Source: Patescibacteria group bacterium
Lineage (GTDB): Bacteria; Patescibacteriota; Minisyncoccia; Phycocordibacterales; UBA1006
DNA: 64,000 bases
Assembly: GCA_028286885.1 (NCBI GenBank)
Contig: JAQBQS010000003.1
Span: 44,607-108,606 of the forward strand
Reading direction: 5' to 3'
The position numbers were made by a program, and so were the translations under genes. Of this stretch, positions 56,812 to 64,000 are shown piece after piece (within the stretch, counting starts at the first letter, position 1; each line of letters opens with the position of its first letter). Under the pieces are notes generated by a model, which worked only from the letters and a program-made list of their open reading frames with translations, was not told the DNA's origin and did no database searches.

Positions 56812-57465
56812 TTATTTCGGCTCAAGGCTTTTAAAAAAGTAGTCGCGGATCTCTTTTGGAAAACCTCTTAGTTTTCTCCGAGTAGGCATGGGTCCTGATT
56901 CAGCATATCTGTCATACAGATATCTGAGACGCGCGATAGCTTTCTCTCTTTGATCTAGCCGGTAACCCTTTGGAGAGTCGACGATCTTCTTGATCTTTTC
57001 AAAGACGACTTCGTCAAGGTTTTTTATGGCTTGGCTTCTTGCCTTCGCGAGTCTTTTTAATCTCGAGTCGAAGCTTTTTGCAGGATCTAAAGAGCGGGTC
57101 ATGATAGACAAGACGCAGGAGAGGTTACTTTCTAGTGAATTAAATTTTTCTGATGAAAGATTTTTCTCCAAGATTTTGTTGAGGATCATCTCCTCGAGAT
57201 CGACAATAGCGGTTACGAATTCAGACCTAAAATTGTCTCTTTTGCCGCGAGGAAAATTAAAATTCAAATTATCGGTATTGAAGGCATACATTTCTTTGAG
57301 GAGTTCTGTATTTTTCTCGACCGAATTTTTCTGATGATCGTGAAGCGTTACTTTTTGAAGGAGTAGCACCAACTTGATGAGGTGTGGGTAGGTAGGACCG
57401 GTGTTTTTCATGATATTTTGTTTTTTAAATAGTACCATGAATATTAAAATAAGGCAAATTATCAA
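56812..57465 (-). CDS. hypothetical protein
   Basis: 217-aa ORF; the start may be the internal MKNTG. No homology recognised. Confidence 0.4.
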   Translation of the reverse strand: MIICLILIFMVLFKKQNIMKNTGPTYPHLIKLVLLLQKVTLHDHQKNSVEKNTELLKEMYAFNTDNLNFNFPRGKRDNFRSEFVTAIVDLEEMILNKILEKNLSSEKFNSLESNLSCVLSIMTRSLDPAKSFDSRLKRLAKARSQAIKNLDEVVFEKIKKIVDSPKGYRLDQREKAIARLRYLYDRYAESGPMPTRRKLRGFPKEIRDYFFKSLEPK

Positions 57466-57520
57466 ACTTCTCTAAGTTATTCCTTGCGATAAAAGTCGTT
57501 ACCTTGGTATAATAGTTTCC

Positions 57521-58216
57521 ATGATTCGTTTTGAACACGTAACCAAACACTACACAGATGACGACCGATCGGTTGAGGATATCAACCTTTCCGTGCACGC
57601 AGGGGAATTCGTCTCCATCGTGGGACATTCCGGCGCAGGGAAGACGACGCTGATTCGATTATTATTAGGAGAGATCAAGCCGACGGCCGGAAACATCTGG
57701 TTTGATGACTTTGACGTTGATGCCTTGAAACGATCGCAGCTGCCTATGTATCGAAGGCGTATCGGAGTTGTCTTTCAGGATTTTAGATTATTGAATAATC
57801 GAACGGCATTTGAAAACGTCGCATTCGCGATGGAGGCGGCAGGACGAAGTGATGACGAGATCGTAGCGGACGTTCCGCATGCGCTCGAACTCGTGGGGCT
57901 GACACACAAGGCGCGAAGCTTCCCGCAGGAAATGTCGGGAGGAGAGCGGCAGAGACTTGCCATTGCGCGCGCGATCATCAATCAGCCGGAGGTCATCTTG
58001 GCGGACGAACCTACTGGAAACCTTGATCCTGATTCCACGAGGGAAGTCATTGAAATTTTGAAAAAGATCAACGATCTCGGTACGACAGTCATCTTGACGA
58101 CGCATAACAAGTCTGTCGTCGACGGACTCGGCAAGCGCGTTGTCACCTTGTCCAAGGGAAGGCTGGTCAAGGACGCGGCCGTCGGACGCTATCATCACCA
58201 CGAAACCGAAGAATAA
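57521..58216 (+). CDS. ftsE: cell-division ATP-binding protein FtsE
   Basis: ABC ATPase: Walker A GHSGAGKTT, signature LSGGERQR, Walker B ILADEPTGNLD. Immediately upstream of ftsX. Confidence 0.85.
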   Translation: MIRFEHVTKHYTDDDRSVEDINLSVHAGEFVSIVGHSGAGKTTLIRLLLGEIKPTAGNIWFDDFDVDALKRSQLPMYRRRIGVVFQDFRLLNNRTAFENVAFAMEAAGRSDDEIVADVPHALELVGLTHKARSFPQEMSGGERQRLAIARAIINQPEVILADEPTGNLDPDSTREVIEILKKINDLGTTVILTTHNKSVVDGLGKRVVTLSKGRLVKDAAVGRYHHHETEE

Positions 58217-58219
58217 CCT

Positions 58220-59149
58220 ATGTCAATCCAAACAGATTCAAAACGAATATTGCGATGGGGGCTCATCAACTTTTACCGAAATACGGTTGTTTCGATCGCG
58301 TCGGTCCTCATGATGACGGTAACGTTAACCGTTATCGGTATTGTTATCTTTTTAAATGCAGTATTAGGATTCTCGCTCGCGCAGATCGGAAGCAAGGTGG
58401 ACGTGAACGTGTATTTTTATCCGAGCGTTTCGGAAGCCCAAGTGTTGCAAGTGCAGCAGAATTTGCAGCAGCTGCCCGAGGTGGCAAGCGTCGAATACAT
58501 TTCCGAAGATCAGGCATTGTCCGACTTCCGAACGCGACACGCATCCGATTATCTGACGCTTCAGGCGCTCGACGAGCTAGGCGCGAATCCGCTTGGAGCG
58601 ACGCTCAACATTCGCGCCAAGGAATCCGGCCAGTACGAGTCTATCGCCAATACGCTCGACCAGAACACAAGCCTTTCAAACGGCTCAACGCCGATCATTG
58701 AGAAGGTGAACTACGCGCAGAACAAGGCGATTATCGAACGCTTGACCTCCATCATGCGATCGGTCCAGACGCTCGGCCTTGCGATCACGGCATTCTTCAT
58801 CGTCATCTCGATCCTGATCACGTTCAACACGATTCGCCTTGCGATCTACATGTCACGCGAGGAAATCGCGACGATGCGCATGGTCGGCGCCGAGAATAAG
58901 TACATTCAAGGGCCGTTTATGACCGAGGGAATCGTCTACGGAATCGTGTCTGCGATCCTGACGCTCGTCCTGTTCGTTCCGATCACGTACTGGCTCACGG
59001 GGCACACGCAGGCGTTCTTCGGAGGGCTCAGCTTGTTTAGATACTATGGAGACAACTTCTTCCAGTTCCTGGCCATCCTCCTTGTCGCGGGAATCCTCCT
59101 CGGCATGATCTCGGCATGGTTCGCGATTCGGAAGTACTTAAGGAAATAG
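58220..59149 (+). CDS. ftsX: cell-division permease-like protein FtsX
   Basis: N-terminal TM, periplasmic domain, and three C-terminal TM helices, in the FtsX topology. Coupled to ftsE. Confidence 0.85.
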   Translation: MSIQTDSKRILRWGLINFYRNTVVSIASVLMMTVTLTVIGIVIFLNAVLGFSLAQIGSKVDVNVYFYPSVSEAQVLQVQQNLQQLPEVASVEYISEDQALSDFRTRHASDYLTLQALDELGANPLGATLNIRAKESGQYESIANTLDQNTSLSNGSTPIIEKVNYAQNKAIIERLTSIMRSVQTLGLAITAFFIVISILITFNTIRLAIYMSREEIATMRMVGAENKYIQGPFMTEGIVYGIVSAILTLVLFVPITYWLTGHTQAFFGGLSLFRYYGDNFFQFLAILLVAGILLGMISAWFAIRKYLRK

Positions 59150-59183
59150 ATAAAACAAAAAATCCCGTGGGGGATTTTTTGTT

Positions 59184-59921
59184 TTATCTCGGATGAAACG
59201 TTTCTGTTCCAATTTCGATTTCTTTCTTGAAAACGCTCGCATTTGCCTTGTTATACCTTCTCATGATTTCCCACGGATTCGGAGCATTGTTAAACCTTCT
59301 TGCCGATGTTTTTATTTCAAACGAGCCTGAGTAACGAATTGTTCCCTCATTGAGAAGTCTGCTCGTCGTGTCATGTTCTTCGCCGTAGAATTCCGAACCG
59401 TTTCGGTAGCCTCCTATTTTTTCAAGGGCGCTGGCGCGCATGAAAATATTCGCTCCCCAGCAGATGTTTCTTTTCTTGAATCTGTTCAAGAAATAATTGA
59501 ACGTACCGAGAAACATTCCGGAAATTTTCGTTCCGACGCGCAATCTCCATTCGCCGTCATAGTAATCGATCGTTCCGGCTACCGCTGCGATGGTTGGGGA
59601 ATCGAAAAGCGCCGTTGCGTTCCTCATCCAGTTTTTAGGAACGATGCAGTCGGCGTCGAGCTGCGCGATGATTTGGCCTTTGGATGCGCGCCGTCCGGCT
59701 TCGCGGGCAAATGAAACGCCTTTGTTCGGTTCGGAGACGGTTTTTATTTTTCCAGGATACTCGGATTCAAGGCTTGAAATGATCTCGGAAGTCTTGTCAG
59801 TGGAAGCATTATTTACCAAGATAACTTCAAAATCCTGATAATCCTGTTTCAAAACGCTCTCGACGGTTTCCTTGATCCATTTTTCCTCGTTGTAGCAGGG
59901 GATGACGACAGATACGTACAT
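59184..59921 (-). CDS. family 2 glycosyltransferase
   Basis: VVIPCYNEEKWIKETVESVLKQDY..FEVILVNNASTD...QLDAD are GT2 blocks. Confidence 0.8.
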   Translation of the reverse strand: MYVSVVIPCYNEEKWIKETVESVLKQDYQDFEVILVNNASTDKTSEIISSLESEYPGKIKTVSEPNKGVSFAREAGRRASKGQIIAQLDADCIVPKNWMRNATALFDSPTIAAVAGTIDYYDGEWRLRVGTKISGMFLGTFNYFLNRFKKRNICWGANIFMRASALEKIGGYRNGSEFYGEEHDTTSRLLNEGTIRYSGSFEIKTSARRFNNAPNPWEIMRRYNKANASVFKKEIEIGTETFHPR

Positions 59922-59990
59922 ATCAGTTAACTATCTCATATTTTTAATATTATCGCAAAAATATCCGCATGACCTGCGGATATTTTTTGC

Positions 59991-60611
59991 CTAAGCGCCG
60001 GCTTTTTTCGACCGGTGTTTTTTTATTTTCTTGATCAGATACTGGGTCAGGATGATCGCGAAAAACGAAAGGATGATGAGCAAAAAGATATGCTCGACTC
60101 CTCCGACTTTCTTGGCCACCTTGTTCCAGTAGGGCCCCGAAACATATCCCAAGATGACAAATCCGAAATTCCAAACGATGTCCGAGACGATGACGGCGGT
60201 TGCGAATTTCCAAGGCTTCACCTTCATGAGTCCGGCAGCGACGCAGATGTATCCCCGGCCGAACGGCACGACGCGCCCGATCATGACGGCGACGATTGAT
60301 CTCTTGGAGATCTTCTCGGAAAGGTTTTTTACGAGAGAGCGAGGGAAGGGGATCCTAGGATGGTGCATGACCCATTCTCCGATGAAGTAGAATGCTCCGT
60401 ACAGTATCCATGCGCCGATCATGCTTGCGACCGTCGCAGCTGCAGCGGCGAGCACCAGATTGAATGTCGAGAGATATGCCAGATATCCGAAGAACATCAG
60501 GAGAAGTTCGTTCGGCGCGGGAACGGGAATTCCCAATTCCTGCACGACAATGAGGCCGATGATGGCCACGTAACCGTACTGGGTGAGAAAATGAATGATC
60601 GAAGGTGACAT
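59991..60611 (-). CDS. DedA/TVP38-family membrane protein
   Basis: YGYVAIIGLIVVQELGIPVPAPNELLLMFFGYL and the conserved GR..PFGRGYI segment. Confidence 0.75.
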   Translation of the reverse strand: MSPSIIHFLTQYGYVAIIGLIVVQELGIPVPAPNELLLMFFGYLAYLSTFNLVLAAAAATVASMIGAWILYGAFYFIGEWVMHHPRIPFPRSLVKNLSEKISKRSIVAVMIGRVVPFGRGYICVAAGLMKVKPWKFATAVIVSDIVWNFGFVILGYVSGPYWNKVAKKVGGVEHIFLLIILSFFAIILTQYLIKKIKKHRSKKAGA

Positions 60612-60627
60612 GGTGTGCCAGGTGTTG

Positions 60628-60698
60628 TTGCCAGACTAGGACTCGAACCTAGATAGTCGGTACCAGAAACCGAAGTCCTACCATTAGACGATCTGGCA
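60628..60698 (-). tRNA. tRNA-Gln (anticodon CTG)
   Basis: Minus-strand sequence TGCCAGATCGTCTAATGGTAGGACTTCGGTTTCTGGTACCGACTATCTAGGTTCGAGTCCTAGTCTGGCAA. Perfect 7-bp acceptor with U1:A72, anticodon stem TCGGT/ACCGA, loop TTCTGGT, T-arm CTAGG-TTCGAGT-CCTAG. Confidence 0.75.
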
Positions 60699-60743
60699 AT
60701 GTTTTGAAATAGTAGCAAATTTTCCCGCAGGAATCAACCGGAG

Positions 60744-60771
60744 CATAAAAAAATCCCGCCGTGAAGCGGGA
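60744..60771 (-). terminator. intrinsic terminator (minus strand)
   Basis: Minus strand reads atcccgcttcacggcgggattttttt, downstream of gene 60791..61570. Confidence 0.55.
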
Positions 60772-60790
60772 TTGATAAGGGGTTTGTATT

Positions 60791-61570
60791 TTACAAAAAT
60801 GACTTGATCACTTCCACATACTCGCTGTTCAATCCGCCGAGCCTGAAAAGGGTGACGGTCTTGAATCCTGCGTTGGTCGCGTATTGCAGATCCTGGCTGA
60901 GCATCTGTGGCGTCAGGATCTGCTCGTTGCCGAAGACTCCCGTAGCGATAACGCCGAGCGAAAGCTCGAGGTTCCGGTTTTGCGACCGCTGTTTGGTCAG
61001 ATGCTTGTGCATCATTGGCTTGAGAAAGTCCGCAATCATGCTCGAGTAGTACATCGGCGATGATCGGTGTCCGAGTACTGGATCATAGGAATTGCCCAGG
61101 AATCTGTACACACTTTCCGCTAGTCCGAATGGTGCAGGATATTGTGCGGTTACGGGTGTGATGCCATGACGAGATGCCTTCCTCAAGAAATTTCTGATCA
61201 TCTTCTTGTTGTTTGAAAATGAGAAGAGATTCTTGAAAAACAGATGACGCCTGCCTGCAAGAATGGGCAGCTCCAAATCGACGAGTACGGTGAGCGGTTC
61301 GCCTGCCGAGAGCACGTCGTTGATCATTCCCTCGAGATCTAGAGAATAAGAGAATGCCGACACCCAGTAGCTCCGGTTAATGATGGGCCAATATGCCGCT
61401 TCCAATTTTGGATTGATAGCAAGCAGCTTCTCGCGAAATTTCTTGAATTCCGAAACGGAGTGCGCGGCGATGTAAATCATGGACGGGAAGTCGATAAGGC
61501 GTGCCTTTTCAAGATTCTCCGGGTTGTCGGGATACTCTTCGTAAAAGTTAATTCTTTCTATTTTTTCCAT
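60791..61570 (-). CDS. hypothetical protein
   Basis: 259 aa. No homology recognised. Confidence 0.45.
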   Translation of the reverse strand: MEKIERINFYEEYPDNPENLEKARLIDFPSMIYIAAHSVSEFKKFREKLLAINPKLEAAYWPIINRSYWVSAFSYSLDLEGMINDVLSAGEPLTVLVDLELPILAGRRHLFFKNLFSFSNNKKMIRNFLRKASRHGITPVTAQYPAPFGLAESVYRFLGNSYDPVLGHRSSPMYYSSMIADFLKPMMHKHLTKQRSQNRNLELSLGVIATGVFGNEQILTPQMLSQDLQYATNAGFKTVTLFRLGGLNSEYVEVIKSFL

Positions 61571-61689
61571 TGTAATGTATTTGTGTGCATATTAGCATAT
61601 TTATTAAATCGTGTCAAATAAAAAGCGGCCTTCATTCTTATACATGAAAGCCCTTGATTTTTTTGAATATTCGTGCTATTTTAATTTAT

Positions 61690-62445
61690 ATGTCAAAAGA
61701 CTTCTATATTTACGGGAAGAAGCCAATCGAAGAAGTCCTCGCTCGCAATCCGGGTTCAATTCGACGTGTCTACATCAAGGACGGCGTCAAGCAGGGATCG
61801 TTCGAAAAAATCCGAAGCCTCGCCAACGCCGGGCATGTTCCAATCAACGGCATTGATGATCGCCAGATTACGCGCGCGCTCGAAGATGAAGTGAATCACC
61901 AGGGCGTAATCGCGCTTTCGAAGCCGTTCGAATATGCGACGCTCGACGCGTGGATCCACTCGCTCAGCATGGACAAGAAGCCGACTGTTTTGATCCTTGA
62001 TCACATTCAGGATGTTTCGAACCTCGGGGCGATCATCCGTTCTGCAACAGCAGCCGGAGTTGCGGGAATCATCGTTGCTGAACTCAATCAGGCGCCGGTT
62101 ACATCTGCCGTTTACAAAACGTCAGCAGGAACGGTTGGAAAAATTCCCTTGATCCAAGTCGGAAACATCAACCAGACTCTTGAGAAATTGAAGAAGGCAG
62201 GATTCTGGATCGCCGGACTCGGAATTGTCGATGACAAGAATAAGTCGACGGATCTCTGGAAATATGATTTCACCGAACCAACAGCGGTTGTTATCGGAAA
62301 CGAGGGAGACGGCTTGCGCGAGAAGACCGCCGAGCACTGCGATACGATCGTCTCGATCGTCATGCAGAACGAGGTTGAGTCGTTGAACGCTTCAGTCTCG
62401 GCAGCATTGGTCTGTTATGAGATTCTGCGACAGCGAAAGGCTTAA
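61690..62445 (+). CDS. rlmB: 23S rRNA (guanosine-2'-O)-methyltransferase RlmB (SpoU/TrmH family)
   Basis: N-terminal substrate-binding domain plus SPOUT motifs (LILDHIQDVSNLGAIIRSATAAGV, VIGNEGDGLRE, LNASVSAALVCYEI). Confidence 0.8.
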   Translation: MSKDFYIYGKKPIEEVLARNPGSIRRVYIKDGVKQGSFEKIRSLANAGHVPINGIDDRQITRALEDEVNHQGVIALSKPFEYATLDAWIHSLSMDKKPTVLILDHIQDVSNLGAIIRSATAAGVAGIIVAELNQAPVTSAVYKTSAGTVGKIPLIQVGNINQTLEKLKKAGFWIAGLGIVDDKNKSTDLWKYDFTEPTAVVIGNEGDGLREKTAEHCDTIVSIVMQNEVESLNASVSAALVCYEILRQRKA

Positions 62446-62460
62446 ATGAATTTAGCAAAA

Positions 62461-62488
62461 AGGCGGACACCGCAGGTGTCCGCCTTTT
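62461..62488 (+). terminator. intrinsic terminator
   Basis: ggcggacaccgcaggtgtccgccttttt. Confidence 0.65.
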
Positions 62489-62506
62489 TGCTGCCCAATG
62501 GATATT

Positions 62507-62535
62507 TCGCAAAATTCTGCTATAGTATCCGCATG
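62507..62535 (+). promoter_or_regulatory. TTCGCAAAA-TGCTATAGT-N6-ATG promoter-like motif with a 17-codon leader ORF upstream of trpS
   Basis: atttcgcaaaattctgctatagtatccgcATG, then MLSFTVFSRISISWRRS* (62533..62586), then a T-run, then trpS. Confidence 0.4.
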
Positions 62536-62622
62536 TTATCGTTTACCGTCTTTTCTCGAATCAGCATCTCGTGGCGAAGGTCATAATTTTTTTATTATGA
62601 TTCTTAACGTTATCTAAATTAT

Positions 62623-63567
62623 ATGGCAAAAAAAATATTACTCTCCGGAATACAGCCGACAGGCGCTCCGCATGTCGGAAACTATTTCGGCATGATGAAG
62701 CAGGTGATCGACTTGCAGAATGAATATGAAACATATGGAATGATCGTGAACTATCACGCACTTACGACTATTTCAAATAAAACTGAATTAGAGGAAAATA
62801 CGAAAAACGTTGTTCTTGATTTTCTTGCAATCGGAGCCGATCCAGAAAAAATGATTTTGTTCAAACAGTCAGATGTTCCCGAGCATGTGGAACTCACCTG
62901 GATCTTCAACTGTCTTGTAACGATGCCGTGGCTATCGCGCGCGCATGCGTTCAAAGACAAAACTGACAAAGGGATCGAAGCATCCGTCGGATTGTTCGAC
63001 TACCCAGTTTTGATGGCAGCCGATATCTTGTTATACGATACGGAAGTCGTTCCTGTCGGCGAAGATCAGCGCCAACATGTCGAGATGGCTCGCGAGATCG
63101 CGCGTAAGTTCAACGCGAATTACGGCGATACGTTTGCCGAACCGAAGGAAATGATCAAAGCTGAAGTCGCGATTGTTCCCGGAACTGACGGGCAGAAAAT
63201 GTCCAAGTCATATGGCAATACGATTCCGCTCTTTGGAACGGATGAGGAGATTCAGAAAGCCGTGATGTCGATCGTTACCGATTCAGGAACTGACATTCCT
63301 GCTAACGTTTATGCGATTCATAAACTGTTCAAGACGGAAGCCGACCTTGCTCCGATTTATGAGGAAAACAAAGGCAAGTACAAGGCTCTCAAAGATGCGC
63401 TCTTGGCTGACATTTTGGCATTCGTAACTCCAATGCGAGAACGTCGAGAATATTATGTAAATAATCCTGACCTCGTCGCAGAGATTTTGCGAAAGGGAAG
63501 TGAAAAGGCAAACGCGAAAGCTTCGGCGAAAATGCAAGACGTGAGAAAGAAAGTGGGACTCGACTAA
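62623..63567 (+). CDS. trpS: tryptophan--tRNA ligase
   Basis: SGIQPTGAPHVGNYFG (HIGH region), KMSKSYGN (KMSKS), and class Ic TrpRS blocks. Confidence 0.9.
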   Translation: MAKKILLSGIQPTGAPHVGNYFGMMKQVIDLQNEYETYGMIVNYHALTTISNKTELEENTKNVVLDFLAIGADPEKMILFKQSDVPEHVELTWIFNCLVTMPWLSRAHAFKDKTDKGIEASVGLFDYPVLMAADILLYDTEVVPVGEDQRQHVEMAREIARKFNANYGDTFAEPKEMIKAEVAIVPGTDGQKMSKSYGNTIPLFGTDEEIQKAVMSIVTDSGTDIPANVYAIHKLFKTEADLAPIYEENKGKYKALKDALLADILAFVTPMRERREYYVNNPDLVAEILRKGSEKANAKASAKMQDVRKKVGLD

Positions 63568-63621
63568 TCGAGAAACAAAAGCATTCCAACGGGAATGCTT
63601 TTGTTGTATAATCATAAAATT

Positions 63622-64000
63622 ATGGCAAAGCTTCCGAACATCATTGAGAAGGATAGATCGCTCTGGAAGGTACTTGTGTTTGCAATTAGAGAGTCCATAA
63701 AGGGATCGCCCGGATATTCTGTCGCACGTTATATTTTCGCTACGATAAATGCTACGTTGATCTTCGTACAGTTCGGAGGCTTGGCAATTATCGTAAACGA
63801 GTTCACGCGTGCGGGAATTCAAAATGCTCATCTGAATGTGATCGTGGGAGCCTTTGCGTTAATTGTTACGGGAACCTTAGTTCCTTCGATTGTCGCATCG
63901 CTGAGCAATTTTGTTTTTAGCGTGCAATTCAACGACATGCAAAAACATATTCAGAAAATTATCTTTTCCAAGATGGACAGCATTGATATTGCCACGGTCG
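63622..64000 (+). CDS. ABC exporter (transmembrane domain, N-terminal part; truncated by window end)
   Basis: ATG at 63622 preceded by TATAAT. TM helices (VLVFAIRESI..., ATLIFVQFGGLAIIV, VIVGAFALIVTGTLVP) typical of type I ABC exporter TMDs. No stop before the window end. Confidence 0.5.
   Translation, partial: MAKLPNIIEKDRSLWKVLVFAIRESIKGSPGYSVARYIFATINATLIFVQFGGLAIIVNEFTRAGIQNAHLNVIVGAFALIVTGTLVPSIVASLSNFVFSVQFNDMQKHIQKIIFSKMDSIDIATV

Noticed and set aside
1-64000. CRISPR arrays, rRNA genes, integrase/transposase genes
   Set aside because: Scanned for regularly spaced direct repeats and for conserved rRNA and recombinase motifs. None were found. The only repeat families are the GC-rich palindromic elements and the protein-level tandem repeats.

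Overview
Gene-dense 64-kb window from what looks like a small-genome bacterium. The short alaS lacking the C-Ala domain, the many small membrane, secreted and repeat proteins, the rarity of Shine-Dalgarno sequences, and the ATG sitting 6-8 nt after TATAGT-type -10 boxes would all fit a CPR/Patescibacteria-like organism, but that assignment is inference only. Most genes are on the + strand.

Core content:
- mltG, a DnaQ-like exonuclease, mnmA, an MgtC-family protein, pepF and alaS.
- A UbiA-family prenyltransferase, an NHL-repeat protein, and a canonical infA-rpmJ-rpsM-rpsK-rpsD-rpoA-rplQ-rplM-rpsI ribosomal/RNA-polymerase cluster.
- grpE, then dnaK-dnaJ about 4 kb away, cysS (-) and rplU.
- A short dcw cluster mraZ-rsmH-ftsL-ftsI with no mur genes after it.
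- rlmH, ogt, ftsEX, a GT2 glycosyltransferase, a DedA protein, rlmB and trpS, and a partial ABC exporter gene at the window end.
- Two tRNAs on the minus strand, Glu-CTC and Gln-CTG.

Accessory and unusual content:
1. A very AT-rich OLD-family ATPase/TOPRIM nuclease gene immediately downstream of tRNA-Glu, a candidate defense island.
2. An AT-rich two-gene insert, a possible HEPN-like Rx4H protein plus a coiled-coil membrane protein, wedged between an isochorismatase gene and dnaK.
3. A family of GC-rich nested-palindrome elements. One carries a DUF559 (Vsr-like) endonuclease gene between 55-bp inverted repeats, one is a cargo-less intergenic copy, and one sits in-frame inside the mltG N-terminus.
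4. A tandem array of three terminator-promoter units that may encode short RNAs.
5. A recurring T-run-TTCTTGCCAAAA-TGcTATAGT-N6-8-ATG promoter-like motif.
6. A 19-bp tandem duplication that truncates a 490-aa ORF.
7. A large protein with a caspase-like His/Cys dyad.

No CRISPR array and no rRNA were found.
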